Shown here one piece after another: positions 20,301-29,059 of a stretch of 64,000 nt of DNA (the first letter of the stretch is position 1; each line of letters opens with the position of its first letter). Below the pieces are notes generated by a model, which was not told the origin of the DNA, did no database searches, and worked only from the letters and a program-made list of their open reading frames with translations. Position numbers and translations under genes: made by a program. This DNA comes from an uncultured cyanobacterium (GTDB taxonomy: Bacteria; Cyanobacteriota; Cyanobacteriia; Cyanobacteriales; Nostocaceae). The stretch is from positions 544,001 to 608,000 of the forward strand of contig OY970166.1 in assembly GCA_963706595.1 (NCBI GenBank). The letters are read 5' to 3'.

Positions 20301-21330
20301 ATCTTCAATTGTTCTAGAAAAATTTACTTTAAAGTGGCATTATCGTAGCAGACATGAAAGTTTAATTGCTTTTTCAAACCAAAAATTTTATGATTCAGAG
20401 CTTTTAACTTTCCCAAACCCGCTCAAAGATTCTAATCTTGGTGTTCATTTCCATTATGTTGAAGATGGTATATATACACCTGGTGATAATGGGCAAAATA
20501 ATATCCGTGAAGCTCAAACTGTAGCCGAAATTGCACTAAAGCATTTGCACGAAAATAAACAAAACCCCAATTTTTCTCTAGGAATTGTTACTTTAAATGA
20601 GCTACAGGCAGAAACTATACAGGACAAATTAAAGGAACTTATTTTAAGACATCCAGAAATTGAAGAAGAATCTGATAAATATTTTATTAAACCACTGGAA
20701 CGGGTTCAAGGTGATGAACAAGAAGTAATTCTTTTCAGCTTCGGATATGGATTTAATGCTGAAAAGAAGTTAAGTTTCAATTTTGGTCCTTTAACTAGAG
20801 CAGGAGGGAGGCGGCGCTTAAATGTAGCAATAACTCGCGCTCGAACTAAGTTTGTGTTAGTAGCTTCCTTACAAGCAGCCGATTTGCAACCGACAAAAGA
20901 AAACGCAGAAATAACACTGGTGAAAGAGTATTTTGAATACGCTTATAGTGGGGGTAAAAAATTAGACAATCAGGATCATTTTTATTTTTCAGAGTCTGAT
21001 TTTCTTTTTGAAGAATATATATATCAAGCTTTAACTAAACAAGGATACAAAGTAAAAAAACGGGTAGGTCGTTCAGCCTTTCCTATTGATTTAGCAGTGA
21101 TAGATCCCCGAAATACAGAGACAGAAGAATTTATTTTGGGTATTGTCTGTGATGGGAAAATTTACCATAAATATTCTACAGCAAGAGATCGAGATCGCCT
21201 ACGTATTAAAATTCTCAAAGATTTGAAATGGAATATTTACAGAGTCTGGTCTAGTGAATGGTTTCGTGACCGAAATGGTCAAATAGAAAAGCTTGTGGAA
21301 CATATAGAAAATCTATTGAATCCGAAATAG
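17314..21330 (+). CDS. DUF4011 - SF1 (UPF1-like) helicase - Vsr/MTES_1575-like endonuclease-domain protein
   Basis: WKDKL.D.S..NPLLNF; GPPGTGKSQT; FDEASQ; VGDDKQLPP; HYRSRHESLI.FSN; QGDE; RLNVAITRAR; C-terminal IDLAV..GIVCDG..YH..RDRDR..W..YRVWS.EW. Confidence 0.88.
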   Translation: MSNSMNLAIQEKIKVWKDKLADFSSSNPLLNFSEKSKKPRVNISTPPLILFQKFVESDSGEFPVKDLETEQTDSDRIKLLDKLRSEAKKTLEEKGFVSLFLVLGTLNWFDTANHQDRKEKLVSPLLLIPLELHKKGKKPPEYKLYLADQEISVNFILANKLQDEFNIKLPESETIQELGYEGFMNTVRDAIAEKQNWNLEEIAYITSFESFKTAMIKDLEQHQELIATHPILQGIALKEQLENQVGSFKTIIDKELDTINPKLVYQICDADFSQQVVIEAAKAGFSFVVQGPPGTGKSQTIANIVAELIGKDKKILLVAEKQTALDAVYKKLLESQPSLKEVCLNLHHRGTNKIQNLLEELYKTKSLLLQRNESKSQESKWDIFFQELQDCRATINKHNEMLHKTYQPINKSAFEIYGKILKLENEKVPTLDFNIYNLKDWSEDVLLKASQLVEELQKFEAIFMGTQNTIWSNSPVKVWDAYNNSNLRQNINDLREGIELAINTINRLGELLAIEPNHKLVILNLLSLDMLYSAVGYLVAVPPKFPLVWLQHTNLSSLQKYFSELKNDISYIECVNSDFQKNYINDFLSLNLSELRKFQQKLETHRSIWRYFQCSYWRSRKKIIKFLKLKKGVTNKQIIGDINKAIKRQEFLYKLKNLNHEYNQEFRAYFDEKLPEKIPDSNAIEQHLNWLKLLQKYELPSQGVAAAISSSENLQELSSLLKDLENSQNLIKEGFKFIRKHFPQHPMTKVGELEEKLLPEVEDFINKSESELSSFQQYLDCQQIIEKLEYFGAKDFLSKLKNTSIAPDFWVSILRKGVYHNWRQYIYDSCELRNFNPKMYEEKIQKFCKLDVQQYQVAIERLQQLHAKRWQEWSTQPEAKKQIQLLESQRKLKTGHQKIRQFIKNAPQLVTTLKPFWLMSPLAVSQYIDPDAVKFDVVIFDEASQICTEDAVTAIMRAKQVIVVGDDKQLPPTFNPGNASGKSDDEQEVYESLLNESSIVLEKFTLKWHYRSRHESLIAFSNQKFYDSELLTFPNPLKDSNLGVHFHYVEDGIYTPGDNGQNNIREAQTVAEIALKHLHENKQNPNFSLGIVTLNELQAETIQDKLKELILRHPEIEEESDKYFIKPLERVQGDEQEVILFSFGYGFNAEKKLSFNFGPLTRAGGRRRLNVAITRARTKFVLVASLQAADLQPTKENAEITLVKEYFEYAYSGGKKLDNQDHFYFSESDFLFEEYIYQALTKQGYKVKKRVGRSAFPIDLAVIDPRNTETEEFILGIVCDGKIYHKYSTARDRDRLRIKILKDLKWNIYRVWSSEWFRDRNGQIEKLVEHIENLLNPK

Positions 21331-21385
21331 CTACAGATGTTAGTCTAATCCTTAAATACAAAGTTGCCAGGATACAATTTTTGAA

Positions 21386-23269
21386 ATGGAATCTACAGAA
21401 TTAGAAGAATTTTTAATAACTATACAAAAACTCCAATCGATAATGATTGGAGTTGCTACTAATCAACAGGAATATCGGATTCAAGATTATGAAGAGGAAT
21501 ACAAAGAACTTTATAGAGAAATAGTATCGCAAATAGAAGACTTTCAATCTGAGGGACTATCTATCGAAAATCCTAACAATTTTCAGTCACTCTGGGATTG
21601 GTATAAACATTGGAAAGCTAATTTAAGCACATTAGCTTGGCGAGGAGCGTATATTCACAACCTTTATCAAAATATTTATCATCAAATCAACATTATTATA
21701 TGCAAAAACTATATCAAACGAACTTCGCTAGAAATGTTAGATCATGAAATAGAACCTTCACAAATAGAAGAACTAAAAGTCCAAATAAAGACTATACAAT
21801 CTATGATGATAGAGGTTGCTAGCGAAGGAAATGCTATTTCTTTAATTCAGGATCATGAAGAAAACTATAATCAAATATATAGAGCAATTTATTTTAAGAT
21901 AGAAATTCTTAAAGCAAAAGGAATATCAGTTTGTAATCCCAATCAATTTTGGTCACTTTGGCAATGGTACAGTTTTTATTCAGAACAGTTAGAGAATGTA
22001 ATATCTGTCCGCCAAGAATACATAGATAACCTTTATGCAAATGTTCTCAAACCGATAGAGAGAGCATTAAAACAACACCGGAAAAAAACAACTTCTATTC
22101 AAGAATTTACTCAAGATTTACAGCGTCGATTTAACCAACTAAATGCTAGTCAACTTAACGATTTCACAGAAATAAGTACAAATTCTAGCAAAATTGTAGA
22201 AACATTTAGCCAGAGCATCGATACTTGCTTGCAGGAAGAAGGTTCAAAACAGATTCTCAATACATTCTCTGTTGCACCTACTCAATCTGTAGAAAATGTG
22301 TTACTTCAAACCGTAAATTATACTTCAGCTTGGACAGATAAAAATATTATGAATCCAGAAATATTTTTAGATCAAAAAGATATTAAACCATTAATTACGG
22401 CACTAAATTATTTTGCTCTTAAAGTGAATGTAGGCAGTGACCGCCAAAATATTTTAAAAAATTCTGATCTTGATACTGCGTTTTTAAGTAATTTAAGATA
22501 TGATACTGAACCTAGTATATTTTCTCAAGCATTAGTATCAGGATTCAAAACTTATCAAATCTCTTATAATCAGTTTAATTATCATCCATTAGTAAATTTA
22601 CTTAAATACCTAAGTGATGTCGCAGATATTTATGGATTCTCAGACCAAGCGGTAGAATTATTTATGAGATTAGTCGAAAAAGGTCAGGAAAACTTAAAAG
22701 CCTTGGCTGCTCGAAATACAGTTGCTAGAATCGAATCCCCTATAGGAAATGCGATAGGGACAGGCGTATTAATTACAAATAATTTCTTATTAAGTTGTAA
22801 TCATATTTTCACCAAGAACCAAGTAACAAAAGCATGGGTACGTCTTGGCTACCAAGCTAGTAATTACGAATCAGAAAAAGATGTATTAGAATTAGAAATT
22901 ATGAGGAGAAATTCTCGTCCTGATTATGCTTTACTCAAAATCAACACTCCAACACAACATAAAGCTATTTCTATTAATGAAACTTCGATATTAGATAGCG
23001 GACAAGAAATTCGTATTATTCATCATCCGCAGGGAAATCCTGTAGTAATTTCGGACTTGGGACAGATTATGCAAGTAGGAGATGATTACATTGACCATAA
23101 TCTGAAAACAGATCACGGCTCCTCTGGCGCACCAATTTTGAATCGCCAATGGGAACTGATTGCAATTCATCAAGGAAATCCGGGTATAGGACGTGCCGTG
23201 ACTCCAGGTTCAACAGGAGGTATTCCCATTCGTGCTATTTGGAATGAAATTTCAACGTATTTAGGTTAA
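21386..23269 (+). CDS. Multidomain trypsin-like serine protease: two tandem ~105-aa N-terminal repeats, helical adaptor-like region, Trypsin_2 domain
   Basis: Triad SCNH, PDYALL, GSSGAP; internal repeat IQSxMIxVA...IQDxEExY...NPNxFxSLWxWY. Confidence 0.8.
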   Translation: MESTELEEFLITIQKLQSIMIGVATNQQEYRIQDYEEEYKELYREIVSQIEDFQSEGLSIENPNNFQSLWDWYKHWKANLSTLAWRGAYIHNLYQNIYHQINIIICKNYIKRTSLEMLDHEIEPSQIEELKVQIKTIQSMMIEVASEGNAISLIQDHEENYNQIYRAIYFKIEILKAKGISVCNPNQFWSLWQWYSFYSEQLENVISVRQEYIDNLYANVLKPIERALKQHRKKTTSIQEFTQDLQRRFNQLNASQLNDFTEISTNSSKIVETFSQSIDTCLQEEGSKQILNTFSVAPTQSVENVLLQTVNYTSAWTDKNIMNPEIFLDQKDIKPLITALNYFALKVNVGSDRQNILKNSDLDTAFLSNLRYDTEPSIFSQALVSGFKTYQISYNQFNYHPLVNLLKYLSDVADIYGFSDQAVELFMRLVEKGQENLKALAARNTVARIESPIGNAIGTGVLITNNFLLSCNHIFTKNQVTKAWVRLGYQASNYESEKDVLELEIMRRNSRPDYALLKINTPTQHKAISINETSILDSGQEIRIIHHPQGNPVVISDLGQIMQVGDDYIDHNLKTDHGSSGAPILNRQWELIAIHQGNPGIGRAVTPGSTGGIPIRAIWNEISTYLG

Positions 23270-23289
23270 TTGAACAGAGAAATAAATTT

Positions 23290-24378
23290 ATGAATTTTTA
23301 CCAGAGTTTATTTGACACTTTCAGCCGTGAGGCTCCAAAATATAAAACCCTTTTCCTGCCAAAATATCGAGTTGATGTGGATTATGATGACAACCCCATC
23401 GTTGCAGGTGAAGCCTATTGTCGGATTTTGCTAGTGGAGATGCGCTTGGCGAAAGATATGGAATGGCTCAAGCAACGGTATCCCCTTGTTCATGTGGCTG
23501 TTCGATTCAATCATGCTGGTGAATGCGTAACAATTCCTTACCTAGCTGCACCTGGGCAATTGGAAAAATCAATAAAAGATAATTTGGATAGAGTCATTCA
23601 GTGCAACTATCCTGTGACATCCTTATTTCCTTTCAATAGTGGCTTAGTCGAGTTACAGGCAGGCTTATTTAGTGTAGCTAGTGATGACTCCATCGGAAAA
23701 TTTATTAAGGCGATGGGGAGATTTTCTGAATTGCTACCTGTGCCAGAACTTTCAAACGTTATCAAGCTAGCAGAACCAGTATATAGAGGTATTGAGGATT
23801 TACTCAATATCGGTGAGCGTCGCCTAGAACTAGGCTATCAACAAACTTTTTCTGAAGCTAATGGAGGTGGTAGCAATTCCCTGAAAGCAGGTTATTTTGC
23901 AGCAATTTTAGCACAGGAACACAAAATTAATAATGATAATCTTTGTATTGTCAATGATAGCCTTTGTCTTGGTTCACCTGGCACTACAAAAACTTTTTTA
24001 CGTGACGGCAAACCCCTAGAAGGTTACAGCTATATGTTATTTCGTATAGAAAAGCGCAAACACCAAGATTGGAACTTATTAAACAGTATAAAAGAGCTAG
24101 TAATTAAAGCTCAAAATGCTATTTGTTCAGGAGAATATGAGAAAGTAAATAAATTTATTTTACCGGCTATTAAAATAAGTGTTCTCCAAAGTCCTGATGT
24201 AACCAAAGCAGACCGACGCAATATGATACTAAAAATTGAAGAAGAATTGAAAGAACTTGGTTTGCAGTCTACAACAGTCCAAAAGCGATCGCTTTATTCA
24301 ATTATGCAGCGACCCTTGCCAGAAATTGATCCAGCAACAGAAGCCGAATTAGCTTCCTTAGAGCAGCTTTTTAAGTAA
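23290..24378 (+). CDS. Hypothetical protein, probably co-transcribed with the protease
   Basis: 362-aa ORF 20 bp after the protease stop; no motif recognised. Confidence 0.75.
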   Translation: MNFYQSLFDTFSREAPKYKTLFLPKYRVDVDYDDNPIVAGEAYCRILLVEMRLAKDMEWLKQRYPLVHVAVRFNHAGECVTIPYLAAPGQLEKSIKDNLDRVIQCNYPVTSLFPFNSGLVELQAGLFSVASDDSIGKFIKAMGRFSELLPVPELSNVIKLAEPVYRGIEDLLNIGERRLELGYQQTFSEANGGGSNSLKAGYFAAILAQEHKINNDNLCIVNDSLCLGSPGTTKTFLRDGKPLEGYSYMLFRIEKRKHQDWNLLNSIKELVIKAQNAICSGEYEKVNKFILPAIKISVLQSPDVTKADRRNMILKIEEELKELGLQSTTVQKRSLYSIMQRPLPEIDPATEAELASLEQLFK

Positions 24379-24575
24379 AAGTGGATGATACTTGTCCACC
24401 GTAATTAGACAAAGGCTATAGTCGGCTTTTCCCACTCAGGCAGATTTTCTAGCCAATACTATGAGAGTTTGTTAAGCAACTTTACAATATTTTAATTTTT
24501 ATAGTGCTTTTATATATATTTATGCGGTTACTGATAAATTAAGAGAATCATAAAAAATAACTGATTTTACAAAAA

Positions 24576-24680
24576 ATGAATAATTCAAATCTGCCTAATC
24601 AATTGGGTCAATCTATGATTATGGGTGCTTTCATCATCTTGACTAGCGTTGCGGTCATCGCCATCATGAATGTTTTTTAA
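24576..24680 (+). CDS. Putative 34-aa single-TM micro-protein
   Basis: MNNSNLPNQLGQSMIMGAFIILTSVAVIAIMNVF*, followed by a terminator-like hairpin. Confidence 0.45.
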   Translation: MNNSNLPNQLGQSMIMGAFIILTSVAVIAIMNVF

Positions 24681-24718
24681 GCATAAATAACGATAAATCC
24701 TAGCAAACAACATTTATT

Positions 24719-24753
24719 AAGCCCCTCTCAATACTGAGTGGGGTTTTACATTT
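24719..24753. terminator. Intrinsic terminator-like hairpin
   Basis: AAGCCCCTCTCA-ATAC-TGAGTGGGGTTTT. Confidence 0.55.
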
Positions 24754-24817
24754 CTTCACAAAAAGACTTTACAAAAGAATATCATGAGGCGATCGCTAAT
24801 TGAATTCATCCTAGCTT

Positions 24818-25066
24818 TTAATCGTCTAGTAAACTCATCAACGAGTGAATTTCTGGGTCATTTGACTCTGATAATTGATGCTGTAATTCTAATAGTTGGT
24901 TTTTCAACACTTCCGAGGTGTAAACCATATTAGATGTTTGGGCTAGTTTTAATTGACTTTCTTTTATTCTAATCTTTCTTAATAGTTCATCTACCGCATC
25001 AATTGAGTCGTAATCTTGAGAAAACATCAGAACCTCCGCACCGAAGAAACTCCTGGATTTAGACAT
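24818..25066 (-). CDS. Small coiled-coil hypothetical protein
   Basis: 82-aa ORF with ATG start and helical composition. Confidence 0.6.
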   Translation of the reverse strand: MSKSRSFFGAEVLMFSQDYDSIDAVDELLRKIRIKESQLKLAQTSNMVYTSEVLKNQLLELQHQLSESNDPEIHSLMSLLDD

Positions 25067-25404
25067 GAGTTAAGGCGTAGTGTTTCTAACAGCCTCACAC
25101 CCATTCAGATATAAAAATGAACTTGCGAAATTCCACATATCATATATATGATCTCGCCTAGTTTAAATTCTAAAATAAACTATACACTTTATTGAATCGA
25201 ATTTGATAAAAATTATCCTCCAACTATGCGTTGGCGCTACACCTCCAATTGTAAAATCTCAAGTTTTGCTACTATCGCGTAAATGAGGCAAAATCAAGGT
25301 TGGGCTTGGCAAATTTTGGTGATTTTCAGCACTTATCTGCCATTAATAAAAGTTCGGAATCGGTTAAAATAAGCAATAACTCTCAACTTGCTCGTCCTGT
25401 AAGT

Positions 25405-27327
25405 ATGACCATGCACAATTCCGTTGAATTTCAAGACGCTTTTGATGTCATTGTCGTCGGTGCAGGTCACTCCGGTTGCGAAGCAGCCCTTGCTGCTGCC
25501 CGCCTCGGCTGTCGGACTTTGCTACTGACGCTCAACTTAGATAAAATCGCTTGGCAACCCTGTAACCCCGCAGTGGGCGGCCCGGCTAAATCACAGTTAA
25601 CTCATGAGGTGGATGCACTCGGAGGAGAAATTGGCAAGGTTGCAGACCGGACTTACCTGCAAAAGCGCATCCTCAACTCTTCACGAGGTCCGGCGGTGTG
25701 GGCATTACGCGCTCAAAGTGATAAGCGCGAATATGCGGCTGTGATGAAAACCATTGTGGAAAACCAAGAAAATCTGAGCATTCGTGAAGCAATGGCTACA
25801 GACTTGGTGCTGGGTGCTAATGATGACGTAATTGGTGTTGAGACTTATTTTGGTGTGGCTTTTGGCTGCAAAGCATTAATTTTGACCACCGGCACATTTT
25901 TGGGTGGTAAAATTTGGGTGGGTAACAAATCTATGCCAGCCGGACGGGCTGGGGAATTTGCGGCTGAGGGTTTGACACAAACTTTAAACCGCTTGGGCTT
26001 TGAAACCGGAAGGTTAAAAACTGGTACGCCCGCACGGGTAGATAAGCGGTCAGTTGACTACAGCAAAATGACTATCCAGCCAGGGGATGAAGAAGTACGC
26101 TGGTTTAGTTTTGACCCGGATGTGTGGATAGAAAAAGAACAAATTCCTTGCTACATTACCCGCACGACGGCGGAAACTCATCGGCTAATTCGGGAGAATT
26201 TACATTTATCACCGGTTTATGGTGGTTGGGTGGAAGCTAAAGGACCTCGCTATTGTCCCAGCATTGAAGATAAAATTGTGCGCTTTGCTGATAAAGAAAG
26301 TCACCAAATATTTATTGAACCGGAAGGAAGAGATATTCCGGAATTATATATCCAAGGTTTTTCGACAGGGTTGCCGGAAACTTTGCAATTGCAAATGTTA
26401 CGCAGTCTCCCCGGTTTAGAAAATTGTACGATGCTGCGTCCAGCTTATGCTGTGGAATATGACTATTTACCAGCAACTCAGTGTTATCCCACACTGATGA
26501 CTAAGAAAATTGCTGGTTTATTCTGTGCTGGACAGATTAACGGGACAACAGGCTATGAAGAAGCCGCAGCTCAAGGAATTGTGGCGGGAATTAATGCGGC
26601 GCGGTTGGTTCGTGGTGAAGAAATGATTGTTTTTCCCCGTGAACACAGTTATCTTGGCACGCTGGTTGATGATTTGTGTACTAAAGATTTACGGGAACCT
26701 TACCGAATGCTGACTAGCCGTTCGGAATATCGGTTACTGCTGCGTTCTGATAATGCTGACCAACGGCTGACTCCTCTGGGACGAGAAATCGGCTTAATTG
26801 ATGACCGCCGATGGAATTTGTATACTGCTAAACAAGCAGAGATTACCACAGAAAAAGCCCGACTATATGCTACCAGAATTAAAGAACATGATGAAATTGG
26901 TCAGGCGATCGCATCTATATCCCAACAAACAATTAAAGGTTCAATTACTCTAGCTGAATTATTGCGCCGTCCAGGATTTCATTACGTTGACCTCGATAGC
27001 TACGGACTGGGAAATCCCAACCTCAAGCAAGCAGAAAAAGAAGGCGCAGAAATTGACATCAAGTATTCTGGCTATCTCGCTAGACAACAAAATCAAATAG
27101 AACAAATTGCCCGTCAAGCACACCGCCAGCTACCTGCGGACTTGGATTACAACACAATTGATACCCTTTCTAAAGAAGCACGGGAAAAACTCACGAAGGT
27201 CAAACCCCTGACTCTCGGTCAAGCAGCACGCACTGGTGGAGTGAATCCGGCAGATATTAACGCTTTGTTAATCTATTTAGAATTGCGTAAAACCAAGAGC
27301 CAATCAGAGTTTCCGGCATTAGCGTAA
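25405..27327 (+). CDS. mnmG: tRNA uridine-5-carboxymethylaminomethyl modification enzyme MnmG (GidA)
   Basis: [51 protein letters not shown]; start moved to ATG 25405. Confidence 0.97.
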   Translation: MTMHNSVEFQDAFDVIVVGAGHSGCEAALAAARLGCRTLLLTLNLDKIAWQPCNPAVGGPAKSQLTHEVDALGGEIGKVADRTYLQKRILNSSRGPAVWALRAQSDKREYAAVMKTIVENQENLSIREAMATDLVLGANDDVIGVETYFGVAFGCKALILTTGTFLGGKIWVGNKSMPAGRAGEFAAEGLTQTLNRLGFETGRLKTGTPARVDKRSVDYSKMTIQPGDEEVRWFSFDPDVWIEKEQIPCYITRTTAETHRLIRENLHLSPVYGGWVEAKGPRYCPSIEDKIVRFADKESHQIFIEPEGRDIPELYIQGFSTGLPETLQLQMLRSLPGLENCTMLRPAYAVEYDYLPATQCYPTLMTKKIAGLFCAGQINGTTGYEEAAAQGIVAGINAARLVRGEEMIVFPREHSYLGTLVDDLCTKDLREPYRMLTSRSEYRLLLRSDNADQRLTPLGREIGLIDDRRWNLYTAKQAEITTEKARLYATRIKEHDEIGQAIASISQQTIKGSITLAELLRRPGFHYVDLDSYGLGNPNLKQAEKEGAEIDIKYSGYLARQQNQIEQIARQAHRQLPADLDYNTIDTLSKEAREKLTKVKPLTLGQAARTGGVNPADINALLIYLELRKTKSQSEFPALA

Positions 27328-27559
27328 TTTAAAGTTGATCAAGGTTGGGTATAGTAAAGGTGAAGGAAGTAGTATGATAGATGACATGAATTAAGTAATG
27401 CCATCATCAGCAGTTTCCTGATTTAAATTGAATTTAATACTACCAAGCCATCAAGTCGTCTAATTTTGACGAGGGCTTGGAGGCTTAATGCAAAAATCTT
27501 GATTTCCAGGCATAGGGGCGGCTCTGCCCCGTCCTGGCAGCCACAACCCAAAATGCCTT

Positions 27560-28858
27560 ATGTTACAAGCATCCAGAACCCATCTGATTATTCCAGAACC
27601 ATCAGAAGACTTGATTACCAACGAGCCGTGGTCGATAGATTTCTATGCTGATGGTTTGATGGATGAACTCTTTGCCGATATTGACGAAATTTTGGATGTG
27701 AGTGGGAATTTGCCTGACCATACTTTAAGGCATGGCAGTCATACACCACGTTCCATAAAACAAACTTCTTCCAGCGACGACTTGGAAAATTTGGGTGAGT
27801 CTGCCACACCAGTGGCTTCAGAATATGAACATCTGCAAACAATTAATGTGCCGCAGATTGTTTCATCAAACTCCCTCACCCGCACCAGAAAAACAGTTTC
27901 GCAAGGGAAGAAGGAGCCAGTTGGTAAAGTTGTAGTTAATCCTCCAGGGGCAATTACTCAGCACCAGAAAACGAGGCTAAATCTGGGACAGCTGCTAATT
28001 GCCGGCGTGGCGATCGCAGGTACAATATATATTGTGCAGTCTGGATTGCTGACTCTTCTGACTGCCAAATTGTCTCAACCAGATGTCTATCAACCACAGA
28101 CGCAGTTATCTCCCAAAGTAGATGTTCAAGCAGAATTGGTTGACTATATGCTGGGAGCGCTGGCAATTATAGACAAGCAAGGAGCAAGCAATAATAATCG
28201 CACGTCTGTTTATCCTAAAATAGGCAATCGGGGAGTTTCTAACTTTTCATCTGTAGCTGGTAATTTAGCACCACCTCTAGCTGCTAACAACACACCACCT
28301 GTTCCTAATCGTTCGACAAATGTTGTCGAACGCATTTATATTCCTGTTTATCAAGCGCCGTCACCAATGCGCTATGCGCCACCACCTACTCCCGGCGCTA
28401 CCGCAGGTCAAGCACAGGTAGCAAATAATTTGAAACCCCCTTTCAACGCGGTGCAACCACCAGCCAAGCCGGGGAATGCCAATATAGTAGCTGCTGTGCG
28501 CCCAGAACTTAAACCAGTACCTACGCAAAAAGCACCAATTACCGTGCGACAGCCATCTGTACCTCTGCCGGGATTACCTGTTGCACCAGTCCGAACAACA
28601 TCAGCGCCCACAAATGCCCAACAACCAGCATATTTAGAAACCTCATCTGCAACAATAGCTGCTCATACCTTAGCGGGATTACTAGAATTAGGTGAAAAAT
28701 CTGCGGCTTTATTTGAATTTGAAGGCGTAACCCGCCGCATTAATATGGGAGAAAGCATTGGAGCTAGTGGTTGGACTTTAGTCGGTGTTGCCAACGGCGA
28801 AGCTATCGTTCGTCGCAATGGCGAAGTGCGGTCAATTTTTGCAGGACAGAAGTTGTAA
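27560..28858 (+). CDS. Cyanobacterial bitopic membrane protein, Pro-rich, with C-terminal PilP/GspC-like beta domain
   Basis: Single TM, ERIYIPVY motif, C-terminal LAGLLELG..SAALF...GESIG.SGW. Confidence 0.6.
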   Translation: MLQASRTHLIIPEPSEDLITNEPWSIDFYADGLMDELFADIDEILDVSGNLPDHTLRHGSHTPRSIKQTSSSDDLENLGESATPVASEYEHLQTINVPQIVSSNSLTRTRKTVSQGKKEPVGKVVVNPPGAITQHQKTRLNLGQLLIAGVAIAGTIYIVQSGLLTLLTAKLSQPDVYQPQTQLSPKVDVQAELVDYMLGALAIIDKQGASNNNRTSVYPKIGNRGVSNFSSVAGNLAPPLAANNTPPVPNRSTNVVERIYIPVYQAPSPMRYAPPPTPGATAGQAQVANNLKPPFNAVQPPAKPGNANIVAAVRPELKPVPTQKAPITVRQPSVPLPGLPVAPVRTTSAPTNAQQPAYLETSSATIAAHTLAGLLELGEKSAALFEFEGVTRRINMGESIGASGWTLVGVANGEAIVRRNGEVRSIFAGQKL

Positions 28859-28930
28859 AACTGGTCATGCTTTTGTGCTATCTCAATTTATAGCTAAGTG
28901 GCGATTTTAAAACCAATACAAATTTACGAT

Positions 28931-28960
28931 TAACCTGCTTAAGCGGGTTAATTATTTTTA
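28931..28960 (+). terminator. Intrinsic terminator
   Basis: TAACCTGC-TTAA-GCGGGTTA followed by T-rich tract. Confidence 0.55.
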
Positions 28961-29059
28961 TTCCTACAATATTTAATACTGTAGCATGAATTTTGGTTAT
29001 TTAGTCAAATTTACATAAACTAAAAAAAAATATTCGTAGATTGGGTAGAACAAAGTGAA

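Noticed and set aside
23290..24378. Bacterial gasdermin next to a protease
   Set aside because: No N-terminal Cys motif or recognisable gasdermin pattern, and longer than typical; kept only as an unknown partner
25300..25404. N-terminal extensions in the ORF track for mnmG, egtC, egtB, PiT and the permease
   Set aside because: They rely on upstream TTG/GTG codons; family-typical starts lie downstream, and EgtC needs Cys at position 2
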